A stretch of 62,930 bases of DNA, counting the filler, from Pirum gemmata (lineage: Eukaryota): NCBI GenBank assembly GCA_002812295.1. It is 16 parts of 16 records of this genome, joined end to end, with 100 filler letters (N's around TTAATTAATTAA, not from the genome) between each part and the next. Parts side by side here need not be neighbours in the genome. Positions count along the whole stretch, not along the records: positions 23,663 to 27,481 come from PDIN01001859.1; positions 27,582 to 31,400 come from PDIN01001860.1; positions 31,501 to 35,349 come from PDIN01001861.1; positions 35,450 to 39,297 come from PDIN01001862.1; 12 more parts are not named here. One strand, written 5' to 3'. The position numbers and the translations under genes were made by a program. Below, in pieces: positions 25,306 through 36,768 of this stretch. Positions within the stretch are counted from its first letter, which is position 1. Each line of letters begins with the position of its first letter. A model generated the notes under the pieces. The model made no database searches and had not been told where the DNA came from. It worked only from the letters and a program-made list of their open reading frames with translations.

Positions 25306-26309
25306 CTATTCAATTCTTCACCATTTTTCAAATTTTGTCTAGCAAATTTTGTTGACCTTAATCCTTAATTCAAAGTATCTTAAATAGTCTGAAATATAAT
25401 TGGTTCAAAATTAGACCAATTTTTTATGATATTTTTTTCAAATACCAATCTAGATGTCTTAGTTGACAAAAATACCCTTCTAGATTCAATTCCATGTTCA
25501 GATTTTTCCATCTTCAGATTTTTTACTGGTAGNTTTGTTGACCTTAATTCAAAGTATCTTAAATAGTCTGAAATATAATTGGTTCAAAATTAGACCAATT
25601 TTTTATGATATTTTTTTCAAAAATGTATTTAAATAAGTATTTTACTATGATGTTTGTAATACTTTTGTTATGTACGTCAAAATGAGAGACGAAAGAATTC
25701 CCGAAAAAAAAAAGAATCCTCTCTCAAATTAAAAAAAAAGATGTGTGGTCAGGTCAAGAATTGCAATAGGAACAACCCTAGTAGTATGCAATACCAACTT
25801 CAATTGTCGGCCTAGATTGACAAGGTTCCTTACTTTTATGGCCCTAGTAGAATATCAAAAATTCATACTTATTCATCAAAACTAATTTGTTAATGGAAAA
25901 CAGTAAATTTTTGATAGTGTACAAACGAACCAAAAAAAAAAAAAAAATCGAGTTTTTTCAATCTCACATAAATATATAATATTTAGAAGAGCAAGTAAAA
26001 ATCAATTATTATTATTATTATTACTGTTGTTAGAATTATCATTGCCATTGCTATTGCTAATGTTATTACTATTGCTAATGTTATTGCTATTGCTATCGAT
26101 TTTAAAAATATTAGTGTTGGTATTAATATTACTGTTAACTACCATTAATCCTGTTTATAGAAATATTAGTACTAAATAAGGTAACTGTAAAAGATAACTT
26201 ACTGATTGAAAATGAATTACAACTAAATTAATATAAATAATATCCATTGTTTTAAAACTACCATTAAAATGGAATATCAATCATTTCCAATCTATTTTTT
26301 GATTATATT

Positions 26310-27250
26310 CTTACCATTACCATTACTATTACTATTACTATTACTATTACTATTACTATTACTATTACTATTACTATTACTATTACCATTACTATTACCA
26401 TTACTATAACTATTACTACTATTATTACTATTACTATTACTACTACTATTACTAGTACTATTACTATTACTATTACTATAACTATAACTATAACTATTAC
26501 TGTAACTATTACTGTAACTATTACTATAACTATTACTACTCCTGTATATAGAAATATTATTAGTACTACAGTACTAACCAAGAAATAGGAAGTTGTAAAA
26601 AAGAAAAAATTGTGATTGAAAATGAATAATACAATAACAACACTAAATTAAAATATTTTAAAACTACTATTAAATAATTTTCAATCTATTGCTATCGCTA
26701 TTATTATTACTATCGCTATTGTTACTGTTACTATTGCTGTTACTACTACTACTACTACTACTGTTACTAATAACTACAACTACTCTTGTTTATAGAAATA
26801 TTATTGGTACTACATGGTGACTGTAAAAAAGAAAAAAAAGTGATTGCAAATTTTGGAAATTAACAACACTATAACTAACTTAACTACAAGTAAAATAAAA
26901 AATATTTTTTCCAGTAAATATTTAAAACCTACTATTAAATGGATTGTTTATCGTTTTTTATCTGTATTGTTTTATACTTACTAATATTATTAATGCTATT
27001 TCTATCGTTATTATTATTACTATTGCTATTATTACTGTTACTGTTACTAATAACTACAACTACTCTTGTTTATAGAAATATTATTAGTACTACATAATAA
27101 ATAGGTAACTGTAAAAAAGAAAAAATGGAGATTAGAAATTACTATTACTATTACAATTACTATTACAATTACTATTGCTATTACTACCATTCTTATCAAT
27201 ATCATTATTATTACTACTAAATTAATTACTATTGGTATTACTGTTAACTA
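26310..27250. repeat. (ACTATT)n-type microsatellites and reiterated AT-rich units
   Basis: Direct reading; source of the spurious poly-VI ORF. Confidence 0.85.
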
Positions 27251-27691
27251 CAACTGCTCCTGTTTTAGAAATTAATATATAAAAAATTGGCAATTGTTAA
27301 AAAAAAATAGTGATTTAAAATGAACTATACCTAAAATCAAACAAATTTTCTTATCATTTCTCATCAATTTTTTTTACGGTTTAAAAGTGTATTAAAAAGT
27401 TGATATAGGGAGATGTGGGAAAAACCATCGAATCGAGACTATTTCAAAACTTTCGAAATTTTTCGATCTAATTTTAAGTATNNNNNNNNNNNNNNNNNNN
27501 NNNNNNNNNNNNNNNNNNNNNNNNNTTAATTAATTAANNNNNNNNNNNNNNNNNNNNNNNNNNNNNNNNNNNNNNNNNNNNATAATTAATAATAATAATA
27601 ATAATGGAATTAATAAAAAAACAACAATAATAACCTAGCCATCTCGAAGTAAATGAACTGACTATATACATCTAATAACCCTTTTCTATAG

Positions 27692-28366
27692 CGACTTAGC
27701 GACTATTGTATCTGGATCAGGTGATTACTGCATCCCTATTTTTGTGGTTACTGTTAAAGGAAAACAACAAGAGTCGACGAAAAAGTATATTGAATGGGTA
27801 AGATATACAAAGAGTTTAGAATGTGATGATAATGCTAACAAAAATAATACTGAAAGTGTAGTAATTTTTCGCCACGTTTTTTCCGATTTTTATACCGTAG
27901 CTTTGCCAGAAGTGACCCTTGTGGATCTGAAAAAGAAAGCAGAAAGAAAACTCAAATCAAACTTAAAAGATAATGTGTTTGCGTCAATAAACGTAACAGA
28001 TAACGATATTGATAATGATTCTAAACATGATTCAAATAATAATAATTGTGATAACAATAATAATAATAACAGAAATGTGGAATTTTATTATAAAGAAAAT
28101 GCAGCGATTTTGAAATCTTTCGAAAATCAAATCAATCATCATTTTATTTATCCCAACCTAAACGGAAGTAAGTTATTTAATAGTACAAGAAATCTTGAGA
28201 TTCAAAAGGAAACTGACAATTTTGTCGCTTGTTTACCAGGAAAGAAGTGGCTATGGTTTATAGATTACACTACTGGATCCGTTGAGAAGAAAAAGGTTGA
28301 ATTATCATTATCATTATCATTATCATTATCGTTATCATTATCGTTATCATTATCGTTATCATTATC

Positions 28367-28401
<35 letters not shown>

Positions 28402-29867
28402 CAATTACCATTACCAATTATTATTAAAATTAACGTTAATGTTATCAGTATAATTTATTATATATAATGATCAGAAAAATTAAATATTCAACCCTAACCC
28501 TAACCCTAACCCTAATTAAATGTTAGTGAACTTTTTTTTTACTAGCTGGGGTTAGTGCTATAGTAAAAAAAAATTGAATCAAATTTTGGTTTTTGAATGT
28601 GTGAATGTTTTTTTTGGTTAGTCAAAGAATGAGTGGCAAACGGAGTTCAAAGAGCGAGTTGACTGTCCAAAAAAATAAATGAACGGGCGAACAAAAATAA
28701 AGCGAGTGATTTTTTTTTTTTTTTTACATAGCACACCACAGTTATTAAAAAAAAGTTTACTATTGTTGGTTAGTGCTTTTCTACGCAATTTTTTTTTGCA
28801 TTTGGTTAGTGTCACTCTCTTTTTTAAAAATATCGCACTCGGTTTTCATATTAAAAAGTGGAATGTTCCAAACTGACCAAAAATCGATCAACTAAAAACC
28901 TGGGTCAGTAAAAAAAAGTTAATTAGTAAAAATGAACTAACCCTGATCCTAACCCTAACCCTAACCCTAACCCATGATGACAATGCAAAATTGTATTAAT
29001 TTTTATTCAAAAAAAAAAATAATATTTTTTTAGTTATTAAATTTTTCTGACCATTACATATAATAAATAAATAAATAAATTTAATTTTTGATTTGAATTT
29101 TTTTCTTGATACTTTCTTGACTATTAGTATTATTATTAATACATACATATATCGTATTATATTGGTACTTAGGTAGACAAACAATGTACACCATCTTATT
29201 GCTATTCCAAAATATCCAAGGGTCGAACAAAAATCCTTGCTATTTTTGAAGAAGTACTTGAAAATATTTTAAAAACTCCAATGGAAAATGTAAATGTGAT
29301 TTATATGTATATAGAAGGCGGGCAAGATCCAATGCGCATCCAGGAAGTGATCGAAAAGTACAGTTTACGGATTCCTGCTTCGAAAATTTTCATTAAATTA
29401 ATTTTTTTGTGCAATGATATTCAAACTAATGGCTATGTTTTTTACCCTTTAAAAACATTTTTGCAAACGATTAACACTGTAGAGAGACAGTTTATAGTCA
29501 GTTTGGGTACTAATGATAATGATAGTAAAAATGATAGTAAAAATGATAGTAATAATAGTAATAATGATAATAATGATAATAATCATGGTAGTAATAATAA
29601 TAGTAGTGATAATAGTGGTAATAGTGGTAATGGTGGTAATAGTGGTAATAGTGGTAATAGTGAGGAGAGTTGTGTGGCTGAGGTTTATGATTATATATTA
29701 GAGGAAGTTAATGCTATAATTGACTCTGAAGCACAATATGTCATTTTTGCTGAAATTCCCAAATTTGAAAAGGAGAATGGATATGGTTTGTTATTTATTT
29801 ATTTATTTATTGTATTATTTATTTGATTTAAGTATTTATTGTTTAATTTATTCATTCGTATTATCAC

Positions 29868-29900
<33 letters not shown>

Positions 29901-31073
29901 CATATTATTTTCGTTGGTTTTGGTATTGGTTTTGGTTTTTTGATTTTGGTTTTGGTTTTGGATTTTGGTTTTAGTTTTAGTTTTGGTTTTGGGTTCGGTT
30001 TCGGTTTTGGGTTTAGGTTTGGTTTTGGTTTTGGTTTTGGTTTAGTTTTGGTTTTGGTTTTGGTTTTGGTTGTGGTTTTGATTTTGATTTTGGTTTTGGT
30101 TTTGGTTTTGGTTTTGGTTTTGGTTTTGGTTTTGGTTTTGGGTTTTTTTTTATTGGTAGGTTTCGTTGAGGAAATACATAGTATTCCATATTTTGAATCT
30201 TACTGGAAAGGAAATGTCCCTGTTATTTACAAAGGGAGAACGATAACACACATTAATGTTAACGGTTGTCGGGTAAACGCCCTTTTTATGAGAAAAACAG
30301 AAAGTGATATTGATATTCGCGCTTGCAGTAAAGGTTTTTTCATTTGTTTGCTGTTGTTTTAAGTTGGTTTATCATTATCATTATCATTATCATTATCATT
30401 ATCATTACCATTACCATTACCATTACCATTATCATTACCATTATCATTACCATTACTTTATTATCATTATCATAATCATTATCAACATTAGTATCATTAA
30501 CATTAACATTAACATTAACATTATCATTATCATTATCATTATCATTATCATTATCATTATCATTATCATTNCCATTACTTTATTATCATTATCATAATCA
30601 TTATCAACATTAGTATCATTAACATTAACATTAACATTAACATTATCATTATCATTATCATTATCATTATCATTATCATTATCATTATCATTATCATTAT
30701 CGTTATCGTTATCATTATCATTATCATTGTCATCATTGTCATTACCTATGTTAAGTTCATTATTATCTTGTCATTATCATAATTGTCATCATCATCTTGC
30801 ATAAACTCTTTATTTATCTCAACGTTTGTTTTTTTATATAAAAAAGCCTTTTCACTCCTATTTTCAAAAATGCGAAATTTTATAATGTGCGATTCTTCGC
30901 GTTATAAACGACTTCGTGACACGGTAGCTTATTTATGTAATGGTATTATGAAAGCAATAGATAACCGTTTAAAGCAACCAGATTTAAGCGCGGAAGAAAT
31001 TAAATGCGCTCGGGGCTTTTTTTATGATATTCAATCTATTTTCAGCGAAATCAACGTTTACGGAAATGTACAA
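27692..31073 (+). CDS. Internal part of a multi-exon gene of unknown function; exons ~27692/27744-28295, 29173-29785, 30160-30333, 30847-31073
   Basis: Complex coding blocks separated by microsatellite tracts; GT-AG junctions keep frame (phases 0, 1, 1) and the last exon ends CAA|GTAAGT; Asn-rich inserts. First block has an in-frame TGA at 27729. Confidence 0.65.
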
Positions 31074-33141
31074 GTAAGTATACTTGATATTATTGTTATT
31101 GTTAGTTATTATTTTATAGATGTGTATTTTTTTTTGTTATTTCATCTCTGACCTCTTATTTTACTGCTATGATTTGTTTTTGTTGTTTTTATTTTTGTTG
31201 TTGTTTTGTTTAGCTATTATTTTGTTGTTATTATTATTATTTTGTTTTGTTGTTCTTTTGTTTTGTTGTTCTTTTGTTTTGTTATTTTGTTTAGTTGTAT
31301 TATTGCTTTTTTCTGTTGCTGTGTTGTTCAGTTCTGTTTCTATGTGTATTAGTATTAAAAGTTAAGTGAACTGTTGTGGGGACATTATTATTATTATTAT
31401 NNNNNNNNNNNNNNNNNNNNNNNNNNNNNNNNNNNNNNNNNNNNTTAATTAATTAANNNNNNNNNNNNNNNNNNNNNNNNNNNNNNNNNNNNNNNNNNNN
31501 TATTATTTTATTATTGTTGTGGTTGTGGTTGTTGTGGTTGTGGTTGTTGTGGTTTATATTTATAAATGACCTTAGACTACTGTGTTGATGTCATATTATA
31601 ATAATATTTATCACATTTATAAAATTAATGATATCAATAGGATACTAAGTTTGTAAACCCTCTAGCTAGCTACTAGCTACTAGTAGTCTAGCTAGTGGGT
31701 CCGTCTTGTAGTAGACTGTTACTACTGTAGCTAGCTACTAGCTAGCTAGCTAGCTAGAGAGACTTACTGGATTGATATTAAAACACTACTAGCTACCAGT
31801 CTAGACTGGTCTACTACTACTAGCTAGCTAGACCCTCTACTAGCTAGCCTAGCTAGCTAGTAGAGACTCTAGCTAGCTACTAGCTAGACCCCCATCCTAC
31901 TGTTAAATAATAATTTTTTAATTAAGTAGACTATGATAATATCAGATGATAATATTATGATATGATAGTATGATAGGAGTTATGATAGGTACTAGCTAGC
32001 TAGTAGCTAGAGACTAACTACTTCTCCTAGCTAGCTAGCTAGCTAGCTAGCTAGTAGGAGTCTCGTAGCTACTTCTCCTAAGTTTCTCCTACTAGCTAGC
32101 TAGCTAGAGCAGCCGCAGCACAGCTACCTGGTACTACCGATAGCTATCAAACAAGCCCATCCAATCTACCATTATACCACTAATACTGTAGCTAGCTAGC
32201 TAGCTGTCCATAGCTACTTGAAATGGAGGACTAAACCAGAGATCATAAGGGATGGAGAAAGAAGGGCAAAAAAAAATAATCGAGAGTCGAGAAGGCCTCG
32301 AGATTCGAGAACCCATAAAAATAATTATCTGGTTATTCCAATTTATAATGACGTCATATCATCCCTATGAAAAAATCTTTTTTAAAAAAATTTAGACTAA
32401 AATTTTTCTTTTCTAGTTTTCTAAAAAATTAACATGTTGCCACCAGCACAACACATCACAACACCTACAACACTAGTCTAATAATATAAAAAAGAGCTCT
32501 ATCGTGCGACACTTGGAATATTTATTTGGAGGGTTATAATATTTTAATTGATATTTTTAAATCGATAAATAGATAATAAAATATACCTAATTAAATTAAA
32601 TGGAATTATATTGTATTAATTTGGTGCTATTTATTGTGTATTTTATGACGACAAAATAACTGAAAAGCACTCGACTATAGCTAGCTAGATAGCTACTCTA
32701 GTCTAGCAGGGTATCGATAGAGGAAAAGCACTGGAAAAGCTCATTTTGGTCAGCATTTGGCCCATGCATCGACTCTAGCTAGCTAGTAGTAGTAGTCTAG
32801 CTAGCTAGCTAGCAGAGCATCGACTCCAGAGTATAAATTAAAAGTAGTCTACTAGAGCTGCTACTAAGCTAGCGTTTGAAGAGGTTTGAACAAAGAAACG
32901 CTAGTCTAACTAAGGAAACGTGACACACAGAGTCAGTATTACAGAATTACAGACCCTGGTCTATTATTTTTGAGAAATTTTGTTTTTGTATGTCATATCA
33001 TATTCTAGAGAAATGTTTTCCTAATAATTATCATATTATTATGATTTAAAAAGGCTACTATCAGATAGGTAGTATCATATATAAAGAGGAGACTAGGTCT
33101 AGCAGGTTAGACTACCCTCCAGTTAGACTACCAGTCAGTAC

Positions 33142-33316
33142 TCTTGAATTAAAAAACCATCATTTTCAAGAAATCCTTGATTTTCTAAAAAATCTATTCA
33201 TAGAATCTAGTTCTTTCACTCGAATTTTTTTTGATGTTATCGAGCCATCAAAAAAAATCGAGTGGTGCAAGCCACAAAGTCATTGCCGAAACAATGACCC
33301 TTATTTTTCATTTTCT
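33142..33316 (-). ncRNA. Candidate omegaRNA/fRNA scaffold (element right end)
   Basis: Directly downstream of the nuclease stop: GTCATTGT-TTCG-GCAATGAC hairpin (33298-33279), GTGG-cttgca-CCAC (33275-33262), long CACTCGA-T8GATG...CATCA8-TTCGAGTG stem (33264-33217), TCTTGAA...TTCAAGA stem (33171-33142). The position is where TnpB/Fanzor guide RNAs are encoded; expression is unproven. Confidence 0.65.
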
Positions 33317-35045
33317 TTAAATGATATTATGTCGTGTTAAGTAACGTAATAAAATATTTCTAGCTCCATTAACATCACGATCAACTTCATAGTTACATCT
33401 ACCACTCTTACATTTAAATGTTTTTCCACTAAACTTAGGATTAATAAAGCCACATATACCACAAGTACGACTAGTGTAAGCTTCATCACAAACTATAACT
33501 TTACATCCTTGTATAACCTGAGTTTTAGCAATCAATAATAATTGTCGAAACCTATAGTGAGCCCATGAACACATCCCCCGCACAGTTTTGGTATGTAACT
33601 TACGTTCCGCTTTTCGAATCATTCTTCCAGTATCAAATTTGGGGATCAAAATTACTTTATAGTTATTAACTAACCAACATACTAACTTACGATGAACATC
33701 ATCAATCTTGTTTCTTATTCTATCGATTTGTCTATAATAAGCACGGTTCATATTTTTTCTTTGACTTTTATATTTTTTTCCTTTCTTGTTACGTATTTTA
33801 GATTGCAACTTATCTAACCCCAAACTCATTTCAAATATCCGTCGCATATCTCCATCACCCCAATGATAAACTACACCGTCACTATCGTATAAAGTTTGAA
33901 AAGTACGCACACCTGGATCCATCGCAATAACACGATGAACATTATATCTTTGATCATAATTATTGTTCATTATTAATAACACCACCTCGTGGTTCTTGAG
34001 GTAAGTGGTAATAATAATGTCCCAATCTAGTCATAGATATTTCAAAAGAGTTTTTAATACTAGGTAAATAAGCTTGTTTTTCAGTTATTCTTATTAATAT
34101 TCCTCTTTTTTCTTGCATTTGCCTATTAATATAACCATCAATATATGCATTTTGTTTTAACAATATTCGTACATCTTGTTTTGATTTCGCCTTGTAATTT
34201 TGTGAATCCTGTGCACCATTGAAAGCTCGTTCAGTTATTTTGATATTACAATTAAAATCGCGTTTACGTCGATAGCCAACACTATATTCAACCTCGGGTT
34301 CACCAGTATCACACAATTTTTCATTGACAGCTTCAGCTGAGTTTAAAGCATCGACAAATTCATTGATACTAGCATCGGTTATTGATTCAGGTACGTCAAA
34401 ATACCAGAGGTTGTTTTGTTTGTTGTAATCAGATTTCAAATAGTTTCTTAATAATTTTAATCTTGCATTCGTTCTTCCTTTTTTATTATTATGTGAGTGA
34501 GGACTAGGAAAACTATTAAAATGACTACGATAGTAATAAACACACTGATTATAAGCCCAACGACAAGTTCCAATCCAACGTTTGATAATTTGCCTTTGTT
34601 CTGAAGAAGGATACCAACGTAATTTCCATGTTCGTAAAACTTGTTTCTGTTTATCTTCACTTCTATTACGAGCAGTTCTCCTAACCTTTTGGTACTTTTG
34701 TTTTTTAGCTTGAGTTTTGGATATGTTGTTGCTGCTGTTGTTTCCTTCGTTTTCTGTTTCTTGCTGAAGGTTTTCCATGATGACTTGAGACAAATAAGGT
34801 GATAACCGCGATGAGGTCTGATTCAAATTCGTCATCGTTTGATTTTGAATCGGAGTTGCTTGAACTTTGACCGTGGACCAAGATTTTAACGCCAGCTTCT
34901 TTAAAGAGGAAGTCCAATAAATCGAATCCAAGTCTTGCAAGTCTGTCTTTGTGCATGACGATAACTTTTGAGACCAAACCTTTGTTAACTCGTTGAAGAA
35001 GGGTACGCAATTCTGGTCTCTTGAAGTTGATTCCTGAGGCGACAT
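33317..35045 (-). pseudogene. tnpB: TnpB/Fanzor2-type RNA-guided endonuclease, ~575 aa if one +1 frameshift at ~33960-33985 is corrected
   Basis: HTH_OrfB-like KLRWYPSSEQRQIIKRWIGTCRWAYN; RuvC-I VIAMDPGVRTF; RuvC-II region VILIPKFD with alternative Glu in CDEAYTSRTC; zinc ribbon CGICG..FKC...C; RuvC-III DRDVNGARNI. Confidence 0.9.
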
Positions 35046-35344
35046 CTTTAATTACTTCAGTATCAAGATAAGCATCACACAAACATTTTATTTGCCGTTC
35101 CAAATCACCTTGTTGTTTAGCTGAACTGACTCTAGCATAAATTATTGTTTTTTTATTATCGTTATTGTGATTAATAAATTTATTTTTATATTTTATTCTT
35201 TTGTAAATATCAGACTCTAAATAATATCTTTTGCCTTTATTTGATGTGCGTATTGCTTTGATTTGTTTATTTACGTGCCAATTTCTTAGAGTTGAACCCA
35301 AATTTTTCGAAAAAAAATTTTGCAGGTTTATAATTTTCTTTCAT
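34705..35344 (-). pseudogene. tnpA: IS607-family serine recombinase/transposase with N-terminal MerR-like HTH; frameshift near 35296-35301
   Basis: STLRNW..RT..GKRYY HTH, IIYARVSSAKQQGDLERQ (catalytic Ser), DVASGINFKR, HKDRLARLGFDLL. An upstream ATG at 35344 reads MKENYKPAKFFFEKFG in another frame and fits the missing HTH start. Confidence 0.9.
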
Positions 35345-36279
35345 TTTTTNNNNNNNNNNNNNNNNNNNNNNNNNNNNNNNNNNNNNNNNNNNNTTAATTA
35401 ATTAANNNNNNNNNNNNNNNNNNNNNNNNNNNNNNNNNNNNNNNNNNNNAAAAACCCAAAAAAAAAAAATTTTTTTTATGTGAATTTTTTTTTTTTTTTG
35501 AACTGTTAAAAAATATTACAAAAATAATATCGTCGGTTTTTCATTTATTTTGTAACTTCAAATATTTATTTGGTTGGTTATAATATTAAAATTGACATTT
35601 TTAAATCAATATGTAGATAATAAAAAATACCAAATTAAATTAAATGGATTTATATTATATTAATTTCGTATCATTTATTGTATATTTTATGATGACAAAA
35701 CAACTAAAAAGCACTATAAATAATAATAAAAAAAAGCATCAGCTGATATTTTCATTTTGTAACTAACGCCAATGAAAAAAGACAGAAAAAAAACGGAAAG
35801 AAAAAGAGAAAAAAACTACGTTAGGACTGTTAGGACCTGTTATCAATGTTTTCATTTTCGGTTTTTGCTCCAATATATTTTTTGTGTGTTTTTTTTTTTA
35901 TATTTACGCACATATTTATTATTTATAAATAAATTTACTTTAATTAATTAAATGATATTTTATTATTATTGAAACGTCGATAATAATGAACACGTTAACG
36001 TTATTTAACACTGTTTGTTTTTAAAAAATACTACAAACACTACAAATATCAAGTAGCAACATCACATTCTACTAGCAGTAAAAGTAAAATAATCCCGCAA
36101 TACAAACACATAACAACAAACAAATACAGTAACACCAACAAATAAATAACACAAACAAACAGCACTACCAATTAACAAATAATAACCAAATAAACAACTA
36201 ACAACTAACAACAAACAACAAACAACAAACAAACTGCAAAAATTGCCGTTGATAAACAACAAAGCAGAAAACAAATAAA

Positions 36280-36522
36280 ACAAATAAAACAAAACAACAA
36301 AACAACAAAACAACAAAACAACAAAACAACAAAACAACAAAACAACAAAACAACAAAACAACAAAACAANNNNNNNNNNNNNNNNNNNNNNNNNNNNNNN
36401 NNNNNNNNNNNNNNNNNNNNNNNNNNNNNNNNNNNNNNNNNNNNNNNNNNNNNNNNNNAAAACAACAAAACAACAAACAACAAAACAACAAAACAACAAA
36501 ACAACAAAACAACAAAACAACA
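36280..36522 (+). repeat. (AAAACAAC)n microsatellite spanning an internal gap
   Basis: Direct reading. Confidence 0.9.
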
Positions 36523-36768
36523 ATTTTTAACTACCAAGCCGGATAAAAATGGCGACATCTGCCATATAAGCTCAATATCGAAAATTTTAAAATGATCCAA
36601 TTTTAACAAAAGTACTACCAAAATTTAATAATAGTTTAATTTTTAAAAACTCTATTATTTACCAAAGGCCAGTTTTAAATAATAATTTGGCTAGTTAAAA
36701 TTAAAGGTTTTTAGAAAAGAAGTCTAAAAAAATGATTTTTACAGTTTTGCCTATGTGCATATTACAGA

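Larger units (their letters stand above)
33142..35349 (-). mobile_element. IS607-family element (tnpA serine recombinase + TnpB/Fanzor2 + structured right end); left end lost at the contig break
   Basis: Gene order and motifs as below; flanked on the right-end side by host-type repeats (MITE A, TAGC filler) on the same contig. Confidence 0.9.

Noticed and set aside
33948..33990. A small intron explaining the nuclease frameshift
   Set aside because: The available GT donors (in GGT GGT GTT) paired with the nearby CAAAG acceptor do not restore the RuvC frame.
27582..36000. Functional linkage between the Fanzor element and neighbouring genes
   Set aside because: The neighbours lie on different contigs separated by linkers at 31401 and 35350.
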